From NCBI GenBank assembly GCA_964016885.1, contig OZ024742.1, forward strand, positions 138,384,001 to 138,448,000: a stretch of 64,000 nucleotides of DNA, in the 5' to 3' direction. The stretch's first letter is position 1, and each line of letters opens with the position of its first letter. The DNA comes from Eledone cirrhosa (taxonomy: Eukaryota). The position numbers and the translations under genes are program-made. Under the pieces are notes generated by a model that had not been told where the DNA came from, did not search any database, and worked only from the letters and a program-made list of their open reading frames with translations. Shown in pieces: positions 27,427 through 40,208 of the stretch.

Positions 27427-30013
27427 TATGTACACGTACATACATATGAAATTTCGTTTCATTTTTTTCCGTTTATCGTTTTCGGTGCACCCGGCCGATT
27501 AACCCACTCGATATGCAAATTGGGCTACTCAGCCGTTAATATGCATAAGGTAAGTATATACGTTCAACAATCTGGCAGGAAGGTATTCGTTGCTGACGAT
27601 AGCTAATAAGATTGAAACTAATACAGCGTTCCTTTTTCAGTGTTGAACAAACGAGCAACGATGGTTGCTGGACACTACGCCTTAATACGGGATGTTTGTT
27701 TACAAACACACCGAGCATTATAATAAATGTTCCGTGAATCCATACGTACATATATATATGTGTGCGTGTATGTATATATATATACATACAACTGTATGTC
27801 TGTATACATATATGTATGTACGTGTACATACTTATATTTAAGTAACAGCCGTACTAAGAGTGGGAATAGAAATTTCGTTTCATTTTTTCCGTTTATCGTT
27901 TTCGGTGCACCCGGCCGATTAACCCACCCGATATGCAAATTGGGCTACTCAGCCGTTAATATGCATAAGGTAAGTATATACGTTCAACAATCTGGCAGGT
28001 ATGTATTCGTTGCTGACGATAGCTAATAAGATTGAAACTAGTACAGCGTTCCTTTGTCAGTGTTGAACAAACGAGCAACGATGATTGCTGGACACTACGG
28101 CTTAATACGGGATGTTTGTTTACAAACACACCGAGCATTATAATAAATGTTCGGTGAATCCATACGTACATATATATATATGTGTGCGTGTATGTATATA
28201 TATATATATACATACAACTGTATGTCTGTATACATATATGTATGTACGTGTACATACTTATATTTAAGTAACAGCCGTACTAAGAGTGGGAAATGAAATT
28301 TCGTTTAATTTTTTCCGTTTATCGTTTTCGGTGCACCCGGCCGATTAACCCACTCGATATGCAAATTGGGCTACTCAGCCGTTAATATGCATAAGGTAAG
28401 TATATACGTTCAACAATCTGGCAGGAAGGTATTCGTTGCTGACGATAGCTAATAAGCTTGAAACTAGTACAGCGTTCCTTTGTCAGTGTTGAACAAACGA
28501 GTAACGATGGTTGCTGGACACTACGGCTTAATACGGGATGTTTGTTTACAAACACACCGAGCATTATAATACATGTTCGGTGAATCCATACGTACATATA
28601 TATATATGTGCGTATATATATATATATATACATACAACTGTATGTCTGTATACATATATATATGTACGTGTACATACTTATATTTAAGTAACAGCCGTAC
28701 TAAGAGTGGGAATAGAAATTTCGTTTCATTTTTTCCGTTTATCGTTTTCGGTGCACCCGGCCGATTAACCCACCCGATATGCAAATTGGGTTACTCAGCC
28801 GTTAATATGCATAAGGTAAGTATATACGTTCAACAATCTGGCAGGAAGGTATTCGTTGCTGACGATAGCTAATAAGCTTGAAACTAGTACAGCGTTCCTT
28901 TGTCAGTGTTGAACAAACGAGCAACGATGGTTGCTGGACACTACGGCTTAATACGGGATGTTTGTTTACAAACACACCGAGCATTATAATAAATGTTCGG
29001 TGAATCCATACGTACATATATATATATGTGTGCGTGTATGTATATATATATATATACATACAACTGTATGTCTGTATACATATATGTATGTACGTGTACA
29101 TACTTATATTTAAGTAACAGCCGTACTAAGAGTGGGAAATGAAATTTCGTTTAATTTTTTCCGTTTATCGTTTTCGGTGCACCCGGCCGATTAACCCACT
29201 CGATATGCAAATTGGGCTACTCAGCCGTTAATATGCATAAGGTAAGTATATACGTTCAACAATCTGGCAGGAAGGTATTCGTTGCTGACGATAGCTAATA
29301 AGATTGAAACTAGTACAGCGTTCCTTTTTCAGTGTTGAACAAACGAGCAACGATGGTTGCTGGACACTACGCCTTAATACGGGATGTTTGTTTACAAACA
29401 CACCGAGCATTATAATAAATGTTCGGTGAATCCATACGTACATATATATATATGTGTGCGTGTATGTATATATATATATATACATACAACTGTATGTCTG
29501 TATACATATATGTATGTACGTGTACATACTTATATTTAAGTAACAGCCGTACTAAGAGTGGGAAATGAAATTTCGTTTAATTTTTTCCGATTATCGTTTT
29601 CGGTGCACCCGGCCGATTAACCCACTCGATATGCAAATTGGGCTACTCAGCAGTTAATATGCATAAGGTAAGTATATACGTCAACAATCTGGCAGGAAGG
29701 TATTCGTTGCTGGCGATAGCTAATAAGCTTGAAACTAGTACAGCGTTCCTTTGTCAGTGTTGAACAAACGAGCAACGATGGTTGCTGGACACTACGGATT
29801 AATACGGGATATTTGTTTACAAACACACCGAGCATTATAATAAATGTTCGGTGAATCCATACGTACATATACATATGTGTGCATGTATGTATATATATAT
29901 ATATATAGATACAACTGTACGTCTGTATACATATATGTATGTACGTGTACATACTTATATTTAAGTAACAGCCGTACTAAGAGTGGGAAATGAAATTTCG
30001 TTTCATTTTTTCC

Positions 30014-30017
<4 letters not shown>
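27421..30017 (+). repeat. Tandem array of six ~420-426-bp units, each with a minimal hammerhead ribozyme (non-LTR retrozyme / tandem pLTR-like)
   Basis: HHRs at 27588-27628, 28008-28048, 28434-28474, 28854-28894, 29280-29320 and 29705-29745; best copy cgttg-CTGACGA-t-AGCT-aata-AGCT-t-GAAA-CTAG-TA-cagcg; (TA)n on both flanks. Confidence 0.92.
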
Positions 30018-30049
<32 letters not shown>

Positions 30050-30060
30050 TTTTTTTTTCC

Positions 30061-30091
<31 letters not shown>

Positions 30092-30150
30092 ACGAAGGAA
30101 ATGTGGTAAGGAACCAGGTGGACCATAACGCACCGAATTAGCCGTCGAAA

Positions 30151-30238
30151 CGGATTGACTTTGTTAGTTTCAGAAGATCCCGTTAAGGGTGAAAGCAGCG
30201 ATTCTTTGCTTAAACTTTAATCTGTTATTTTAATAAAT
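30151..30238 (+). repeat. Third copy of the pLTR end of the PLE at 6165-9130
   Basis: gattgactttgttagtttcagaagatcccgttaagggtgaaagcagcgatt, nearly identical to 8963-9050. Confidence 0.9.
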
Positions 30239-30385
30239 ATATATATATATATATATATATAATTGAGTAAAATGAGAGGATGCCGGACTGGTGAAATTCC
30301 TTCAATATTACATCATGGTTGGCTATACGGAATGACCAGTTCTATCCAGTGGTGAACCTCCAAACTTAAATAAACACACACACAC

Positions 30386-30431
<46 letters not shown>

Positions 30432-31746
30432 ATTTTGATCCTGGATTTTTATAACTTTGATAACTCTGATAGGTTTCAGCCAGTATTGGCCCCGGCCCTG
30501 TCTAACTTAATACCACCACCTGACGAAGTCTTACCATTCAGTGTTTGGGCACCATGACCCACTCGAACAGAGAGTTATAGTTGAATGATGTTATGTGCAA
30601 TTATATTCCACTTGTGATCATTCCCTTTTTATACATACACTTTGTCTAGCGTGGTCTTCTGCTAGCTTGTGTGTGAAACGGTTGTGAGAGATAAAATGAG
30701 AAGAGTGAGATGAATGCAAAAAACGTTGCCTGAATGAAGAATTATTTGCTGGAGATATTTAGTGAGTGAGTTAGAGTAGGTGGGGTAAGACGATAGGCAA
30801 GTGAAGGATTAAATGACTGACAGAATGAAGGAGATTCTTCTTTACTATAAATGTTTAATTGTTTCTTGAAATTGTAGCATTGGTTTTATATTTCATTTTA
30901 AATTGCTTCCTTTTTCTGTTGTTATGTCAGCTAACTGACCATAAATTAAACTGATGAGGAAATTAAAAATATATTCAAAACGTAAAACAAAACGTGAAGA
31001 AGCCAAAAACCGAAGAAATAATAAAGATTAGCCAGGAATAAACGAAAGAGATAATTCGTAAAAAATTTGAACGAATTTCAATTGTTGGCAAAATACATCA
31101 TCAAATCCAATGCACGTTATTTCTTTTCAAAATGTGTCTCTTACGATCGTTATGCCAGATTAATTGATAATTGTATTGAATATTTCTAGTGTTTTTCTTT
31201 TCAGTCATATAAATGTTATTTTGTGCTTTTCGTTATATTTGAGTGTGCGCATGTGTTTATGTACGTTTGCTCACACAAATACACACACAGAAGCATATAT
31301 ATATTTCTTTTCCACTTCCACCGGACATTAACCTAATATAACTGTGTAAAAATTGCCTCCTGTGTTTTGTTTATTCGTTTTTCAACTATATATATATATA
31401 TATAAACAATAATAAAAGGACGATTTGTTATGTCTGCATTTCTTTTATTTAGTTCTGACGCGCGTTTCGCTGTTGTCCATTCTGCCGTTGCCATAACAGT
31501 GGTCGGACGAGCTTTTGATTCCAGAGTCGGGCCAGATCGATACAGATCGAACCTTGAGCTGATCAATACCAACACGCGTGACACTACTCAATAAACGTAA
31601 TGAGGACATAACAATTTATTATTATATTTACGCTCTGATTAGCTCTACACCTCGTTACAGACGTGTATCTATGCATCGAGTGCTCATCTGGGCGAACCTA
31701 CAGTAACAGCACGTTACACTCCCTATATATATGGGGGGGGGGTGTA

Positions 31747-31824
31747 CAGGGTGTCCCACAAAAATGTACACACACTTCAAAAGCATTCTAATTAAAGTTT
31801 GTATAAATTTTCTGGGACATCCTA
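31747..31824. mobile_element. ~78-bp Tc1/mariner-type MITE
   Basis: TA-cagggtgtcccacaaaa...ttttctgggacatccta-TA; imperfect TIRs with TA flanks. Confidence 0.65.
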
Positions 31825-32097
31825 TATATATATATATATATACGGAGAGATACGAGGGTAAATGAAAGGTATTTTGTTCAGTTCGATCTGCATTTTCTTG
31901 TAAGTCTGGTTGTACTTTATTTCCCTGGTTCAGATCTTTTGGTTAATAATTTCATTATTCTAAATTCCAGCCACAACGTTTCCTTACAACGAATGGTTAC
32001 ACTGCCTCACTCCTCTTCCGATGTTACGTGTTTCCTGTAGCTGTTAACTGCTATATTTAGAAGCCTTATAGAACCTAGCTCTCCGCTGTTTGAGATT

Positions 32098-32992
32098 GTT
32101 TGTGGCTCAATGAAGAATTAATAAATTAAATAATCAGAGCTATATATTATAAAACATGCCTATAGAATCACCAGATAAAATATATACCGTTTCTTCTCCC
32201 AATTAGCATAATTAACCATATAATGATTATTTAATTTATTAATTCTTCATTGAGCCACAAAGTGACCCGTTGCAAAACACATATATATCTATGACTTTAT
32301 ATATATATATATATGTAAATCTTTATATGTAATAATCTCCCGTTAGGTTGAGATACAATTTTGGCTGTATTGGGCTGCGCTTTCTAGCAAAAAGCCTACA
32401 AGCCGTAAGCAACTAATCAGATCCTTTCTAATTTGACCGCTTTCACGTCACGATTCTTAGCCATTTTTGAATGTATTCTTGGCGCGATCACTTTGGAAAA
32501 TTAATTGTCTAAATTTGAGCTAACTCCTGAAGAGTCCGAAACACTAGATTTCCAATGATATCGGATATCTTAAAATGCGGACGAAACCATGGTAGAGGTA
32601 ACTAAATATGTTCACTTTTCTTCTAGTTTATTTTACACCTAATTCTGTTTAGTTGACTGTATATCTGGTCGATTTATACACGCTGTCGAAATACTCGATA
32701 AATACCCCGTCGCAACCGCTGCGAAGGGCTGCTTTCGGTTATTTGTCGGAGATTTCTTCATAAGAGCCTTTATTCTTATAGCTTGGTCTAATTGATTTTT
32801 TATATGGTTAATTATGCTAATTGGGAGAGGAAACGGTATATATTTTATTTGGTGATTCTATAGGCATGTTTTATGATATATAGCTCTGATTATTTAATTT
32901 ATTAATTCTTCATTTTGCCACAAAGTGACCCGTTGCAAAACACATAAATATCTATGACTTTATATATATATATATATATGTAAACCTTTATA
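32098..32992 (+). mobile_element. Non-coding pLTR-like element: 5' inverted segment, ~663-bp unit with ~105-bp terminal direct repeat, and an HHR
   Basis: 32098-32221 is the reverse complement of ~32800-32923; 32225-32328 is repeated at 32888-32992; a related inverted fragment lies at 45287-45482. Confidence 0.8.
32524..32597 (+). ncRNA. Type I hammerhead ribozyme
   Basis: ctc-CTGAAGA-GTCCG...CGGAC-GAAA-CCATGG-TA-gag. Confidence 0.85.
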
Positions 32993-32997
32993 TATAC

Positions 32998-33037
<40 letters not shown>

Positions 33038-33142
33038 TGAGCGAGTTGGAATTTGGCCGGAGTATCGCAAAAAAGCTTTCTCCGATAATGTATTTATTTA
33101 TATATATATATACATATATATATATATACATATGTATATATA

Positions 33143-35247
33143 ATTGGGAGAATAATTGGGAGAAAGACAGTCTCCCCCACATCGACCCAATAGAGGGACC
33201 AGCAGTGCAAGTTGAAGGTAGTATAATAAGTAAGGCGATCAAAGACATGAAGACGGGCAAGGCGGCCGGGCCTTCGGAATTAGTTGCCGAAATGCTGAAA
33301 GCATCTAGAACGGTGGGATACACTATGGTCACCCGGATAGTAAACCAAGTCATACAGAATGGGGTCGTTCCGAAGGACTGGCGCAGCAGCATCATCATTA
33401 ACTGCTACAAGGGTAAAGGTGATGCCCTAGATAGGGTAAACTATAGAGGCATTAAATTAATTGACCAGGTCATGAAGGTCACAGAAAAAGTAATAGCGCA
33501 ACTAATCAGAGAGCAAATTGATCTAGACAAAATGCAATTCGGGTTTGTGTCAGGTAAAAGTACAACAGACGCCCTTTTCATTGTACGACAACTACAGGAG
33601 AAGTACCTAGCTAAAAGTAAACCCCAGCTTTTGTTGACTTGGAGAAAGCCTTTGACAGAGTACCCCGCTCAATTATCTGGTGGGCCCTTAGAAAACTAGG
33701 TGTTGATGAATGGCTTGTGAGAGCTATACAAGCCATGTATAAAGAAACAGCCAGCAAGGTTAGAATTAACAACGAATATAGTGAAGAGTTTAGCGTAAAA
33801 GTTGGTGTTCATCAGGGCTCCGTCCTTAGCCCCCTACTATTTATTATTGCCCTTCAGATTATAACCGTGGAGTTCAAGACCGGCTGCCCATGGGAACTCC
33901 TATATGCAGATGATCTAACGCTTATAGCTGAATCAATGGCTGAACTAGAGAAGAAATTCCAAACATGGAAGCATGGCCTAGAATCAAAAGGCCTTAAAGT
34001 TAACTTGTCTAAGACTAAAGTTCTAGTTTGTAGGAAGGAAAATAGGGCACCGGTCCCATCTGGGAAATGGCCATGCTCAGTGTGTAGGAAAGGAGTAGGT
34101 AGAAACTCCATTTTATGTCCCAAATGCAAAGTATGGGTACATAAAAGATGTAGTGGGATCACAGGTAAACTATCTAAGAATATAGATTTTATATGTGGCC
34201 GGTGCTCTGGTGCAATAAGTCGCAGCAAGTGCCCACAGAATACTAACTCGTTCAATTGCACAGATGGTTCTATAGAAATAGTGGACAGCTTCCGTTACCT
34301 GGGTGATAAAATCAGCAGTGGGGGAGAGTGCTCTGAAAGTACAGTAGTTAGAGTCAGAACGGGATGGAAAAATTCAGAGAGCTCATAACACTATTGGCCG
34401 CTAAAGGGTTCTCTCTAAAAATGAAGGGCAGGCTGTATGATGCCTGCATACGAACAGCAATGTTACATGGCAGTGAGACCTGGGCATTGTGTGCAGAGGA
34501 TATACGCAGACTGGAGAGAAACGAAGCTTGCATGCTCCGCTGGATGTGTAATAGTAACATACGTGAACGGCAAAGCATAAACGTACTAAGGGAGAAATTA
34601 GAAATAAGAGGGATCAGATGTTGTTTACTCGAGAGAAGACTACGTTGGTATGGTCACGTGATGCGCATGAAAGACGACAGCTGTATAAAAAAGTGCAGGG
34701 CAATAAAAATAGACGGTAGCCACGGAGTAGGCAGACCCAGAAAAACCTGGGACGACTTGATAAATTCCGACCTCACACACTTACACCTCTCCAAGGCAAT
34801 GTCACTGGACCGAGAGCTTTGGCGCTACACAGTAATAGAGAAGACCCGCCTTACCTAAGTACAAAGTGAAACCTACTACAGTCAGTAGGCACCTGTAACA
34901 AAATACACCCCGTCCCACTACCCCCACCCCATCCACACCACCCCTTCAATGTAAAGTTATGTTGGTGTCACAACATCCAGCCCGAAACAAATGAGGTCGT
35001 GTAGGTGTCACGACAAAAAAACACACAGTCCACGTTGTAATGTGGCCTTGTAGGCAACACGGTAAAGACCTCCCAGTTCCACACTGTAAATGTGGTTGGT
35101 GTTAGGAAGGGCATCCAGCCGTAGAAAACCCGCCAGACAGTCCTATGCGAGCAAGACAACCACTCTTGCCTCAAGTGGGAAAACCCCCGTCCAAACCCAT
35201 GCAAGCGTGGAATATGGACGTTAAACGATGATGATGATGATGATGAT
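33143..35247 (+). mobile_element. 5'-truncated RTE-clade LINE, RT with two frameshifts, 3' UTR and (GAT)n tail
   Basis: KGKGDALDRVNYRGIKL, QFGFVSGKSTTDA, DLEKAFDRVPR, GVHQGSVLSPLLF, LLYADDL, FRYLG, LHGSETW, RLRWYGHVMR, GRPRKTW; ends ttaaac(gat)n. Confidence 0.95.
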
Positions 35248-35964
35248 ATATATGTATATGTATGTATATACATATATATATATATATATATAGATAGATA
35301 TATATAAATATATATGTATGTATATATATATATATATATAGGAAAAGTGTGATATATATATTTTTTATTTCCTTCTCCTTCTGGCAGCTATGCCGTTCTT
35401 GTTATAAGTTGTATGGAAGACCCATTCAAAGCTTTTAACTCTAACAGGTATCATCCTTTCCCACCAGTCTTTCATCAATTGCTTCAAGTACCACTTGAGG
35501 AGGAATGTAACTGTAAAGAGTATATTGCCACCTTCTAATGTGTTTTATAGCAATATGGATGGGAGCCTTTATGTTGTGGTGTCTGAATGAGTCTACTCTA
35601 TGTTGTTTCTAAACAGGAGTAACGAAAGCGTGGGAAGGTAATATCAATGAGCCTTATGCTACAGAGTATTCCGGGGTTTTGTGAAGGGTTTTCTTTGGAA
35701 TTACCCTATAATGCATTCCTCTCCTTTCCTATGTGTCATGTGTTTTGTTTTGAATTGCATGAACCAACAGTGCAACACTTAGAACTAATTCATCAACCGA
35801 TGTATAAATGAAATCTAAGTTAGTGAAACGTATTTTACGTGTATGAATCGTAATAATTAGCTATCTTTCACTTAAAGCTCTTTTGCCTTTTTCCTTCACA
35901 CGGACATTTTCGTTGCATATATATATATATGTGTGAACCTACAGTAATTGAACGTTACATTCCG

Positions 35965-36043
<79 letters not shown>

Positions 36044-36994
36044 CTATATATATAAGTTAAAACAATGAAATAAAAATCAAGTCATTAGAGATATACTTCA
36101 CTGCTTTACGATCGTTTCTAGGTGGTGATAATACATTGTATCTATACTCAGTTATTGATCTATGTAAATTTACAAACTATCAGATAGAGACAATATTTAC
36201 TTACATGCATATCACCAGCTGTTTTCAAAAGCAATAATAATTTTATTCAATAATAATTTTACTCAGAATTAGTATCATGTCCATATTTGGAGGTAGTTGA
36301 AGAACTAACGAATCAAATTGTTTTTTTCATATGGTGTTGAGATATGGTAAAGTATGGTAAAGTAATACACTTTAGTTGAGATCATGACCCTTTGAAAGGA
36401 ATGGTTGAAAGGTGTTAGTAGAAATGGTATAAAAATCTATTAGGACTGAAGGGGATTGTCAAACTGATAGTTGAATGTATCTTGTATAGGGAATTTAAAA
36501 GTAATGTCAAAATAAATGGTGATTAGTGTTGTATTGAGTTTTAATGTTATGGCTAGGAAAGATAGTATATTAAAAGATGAAAATTCTAATAAGATAATGT
36601 GATATAGTAATGCGATAATATACAACTTAACCAACATAATATAGTACGGTGTGGTAAAGTGCACTCAGTATAATATAACATATTATACGCTCTAAAATAT
36701 TACTAAGTTTGTTTATGCATAAATAATCAAACTCAGATAAGTACATGTTAGCATAGTTAAAACACATAAATTTCATAGTCTACAAAGTGCATATATTCAC
36801 ACCATATATAGAGAGAGATACAGTTATATTGATATCTAACAAAAATATACATACGTGCAAATAGATGCAAACCTAAATACATATCCACACGCATGCATAT
36901 AATCATATATATACATATCTTTGCATATCTATATCCACACATACACATCTATACCCCCATATATACACATACATATACAGATACATACACATAT

Positions 36995-37069
<75 letters not shown>

Positions 37070-37404
37070 CACACATACATAATTATATACATGTACATAA
37101 ATATAGGCACACACGTACGTACATACATACATACATATATACATACACATATACACGTATATACATATATATACACATATATATATATATATACATATAT
37201 ATATACATATATATACATATATATACATATACATACATACACATATATATATACATGTACAACAAACACACACACATATATATATTTATATATACACACA
37301 CTTGTGTGAGCATATGTACACTCCTCTTACATGTGCATATACTCATATATAAACATTCATACACCTATACTCACATATACACACACACAAACAAATATAT
37401 ACAC

Positions 37405-37479
<75 letters not shown>

Positions 37480-37686
37480 TGTATATATATATATATACAT
37501 ACACATACACACACACATACATATACCTATATACTCATATATATATACACACCCATATATATATATATATATATATACATACATATATATACACATATAC
37601 ATACACATACATATATACATACACACATACACATACATACACAAGCATATACATATATAATATATAAACATATACACATAAAAAAC

Positions 37687-37717
<31 letters not shown>

Positions 37718-37949
37718 AATATATACACACATAAATATATTTCCTTTCCATATCATACATAGATGTTTATTTTCACTCATGCAATTACGGGTGGCTGTGT
37801 ATCTTATTGCCTTTAGTCATTAACGCATAAATTTAAGGAAGCTAAAGCATTAAAAGGCAAAAGTAAGCATGAAAGCATATAATTAGGGGAAAGAGGTACT
37901 AATAAATGTTATTCTATACGGAATTATAGTGAGTTGCTATTTAGAATAT

Positions 37950-39634
37950 TTAATTAGATTTATAGTATTTAAATGTTTTTCGCAATCGGTGATTACAGAC
38001 TATGATCAATTCCTGTCTTTTATTTAATAAATCGACCTTAGATTTAGTAATTTCCAAAATCTCTCCAGAACATAATCCGCATTCCCTCCTGTTTCCAAGA
38101 TATGGAGTTTTTTGTAGAATGGTGTTCCACGATAACTTAAAATCTATTTTTCTCTTTTCATAATTATTTACCGCTTCAGTTAAAGATGTGGTGTTTGTTA
38201 GTTTAGTATTGTTGAAACTATTAGAGTGTGCGTAAATGTGTTTGATGTAGATCCCATATATGTTTTGTTGGAGTCTGTAGTAGACATAGTGCATTTATAT
38301 ACTACATTATTAATCAAACAATTTCCATTTAAGGGGCAAATGCTTCTATTTCTGCAATTACAGCCATACGTAAGATGGTTTTGGGGGGTGCCTATACTAT
38401 TCTCATTTATCCTTGAGCTATTCCTATTGTAATTAATGATAGCAGGAAAATGAAGGTTGCTTTGTGGGTGGTTTGGTGCTAGAGTTGTATTGTAATTTTG
38501 TGTTCTGTTGTTTTTGTGTTTATGATTTGGGTGGTTGTGTTTTCTAGGTTGAAGGATTGTATTATTTGTCTTTTTAAAAAGTGCAGTCCTATTTAAATTA
38601 TGTTGCCGTGGTGTAGTCATATTATTTTTTAATTTATAAATGTTGTATTTGTTTATTTTTTGTTTGAGATTGTTTGATGTAGAGTATGAGAATTTAACAG
38701 TATAGTTGTTAAATATTTGGTGGTATCACTGGTTTGGTGGAAAATGTTTATGTAGTATTTCAAAGAATTTTTGGGGGATTTGTCCAATAGTTTGCAGGTT
38801 GAAGGGTGCGTTGTACCATGTTATATTTCTTTTGCGGTTTTTAGTTAAGTTTTTATTATCCCTATTATTGTGTTGTGTTCCAGAAGAGTTCCTATGGTTA
38901 GTGTCCTTATTTGTGGAATTTGATAAATCATCGTGGTTGTATTTGGTGTTATTTTGGGGTAGATTGTGAGATTTTGAGTGCTTGGTATTCATATGTGGGT
39001 TGATAACATTGGTCATAGATCGTGTAATAATAGTTGTTGTGGTTTTTCGGTTGTTTGGTGTAATAGGAATAACCACTTTTGGTACTTGTTTCAATTGTAT
39101 TTTTTGGTGTTTGTAGTTTTTGTTAGCTTTGATGTTTTGGTCCATAGTAGTGTTGGGGATATATGAGATTTTTTCTTTATATCTACTTCTAGTTAAGGCC
39201 TCGTTGTAGAAAGGTGCATTATTATGAAATATATCTTCATTGGAAGATAATTTAGAAAGTCTAAGAGAAATTTTATATACTAAGTTCTTGAGTATAGAGC
39301 CTGTGTGGTTAGATCGTGAATGTACATAAGTAGATTCTGGTTAGGTTTGTGGTATGGTTGATAAGAATTTGTAGAGAGATCTAAGGTAACATCAAAGAAA
39401 TTAGCTACTTTTGAAGTGTTTTCATAAGTGATGTTAAGGCTGTAATAGTCGTTGATGAATTTTCTAATTTGCTTTTTCTTCTTCTCTATATTGGAATTAC
39501 TAAGATTGTTAGATAACAATAGGCAATCATCCCGATAAAGACCACCTTTGAGGTGGGGAAAAGAGTCATTAATGTTATAGAGGAGAAATGGTCCAACGAG
39601 GTCTGTAACTTGAGCAGAGTCCATGGATCCCATC
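37950..39634 (-). pseudogene. Frameshifted PLE RT plus GIY-YIG
   Basis: MGSMDSAQVTDLVG, GGLYRDDCLL, ANFFDVTLDL, ITWYNAPFN, CNCRNRSICPLNGNCLINNVVYKC...YMGSTSNTF, CGLC...LLNKRQELIIVCNHR. Confidence 0.92.
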
Positions 39635-39940
39635 ATATATATGTATATATATATATATGTGTATATATGTATATGCTTGTGTATGTATGTGTATGTGTGT
39701 ATGTATGTATATGTATGTGTATGTATATGTGTATATATATGTATATATATATATATATGGGTGTGTATATATATATGTGTATATATATATATATGTATGT
39801 GTGTGTATATGTGTATGTATATATATATATATATATGTGTGTGAATATATGTGTTTGTGTGTGTATATGTGAGTATAGGTGTATGAATGTTTATATATGA
39901 GTATTGCACATGTAATAGGAGTGTACATATGCTCACACAA

Positions 39941-39994
<54 letters not shown>

Positions 39995-40062
39995 ATGTGT
40001 GTGTGTGTGTGTGTGTGTTGTATATGTATATATATATATGTGCGTATATGTATATGTATATA

Positions 40063-40104
<42 letters not shown>

Positions 40105-40208
40105 TATATCAACTAACATAAGCGCACAGATGCACGCCCATGCCAGCAAATACACAGGTTATGTCATAGTACCTAGGTGGTTCAATGCAGGAGAATGCAG
40201 AACAATAA

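Noticed and set aside
27421-30017. CRISPR-like array interpretation
   Set aside because: Whole units repeat with no unique spacers, there are no cas genes, and the context is eukaryotic
27346-30133. Repeated ~90-100-aa ORFs in the tandem array
   Set aside because: They occur on both strands, include microsatellite translation and have no domain; the conserved feature is the RNA motif
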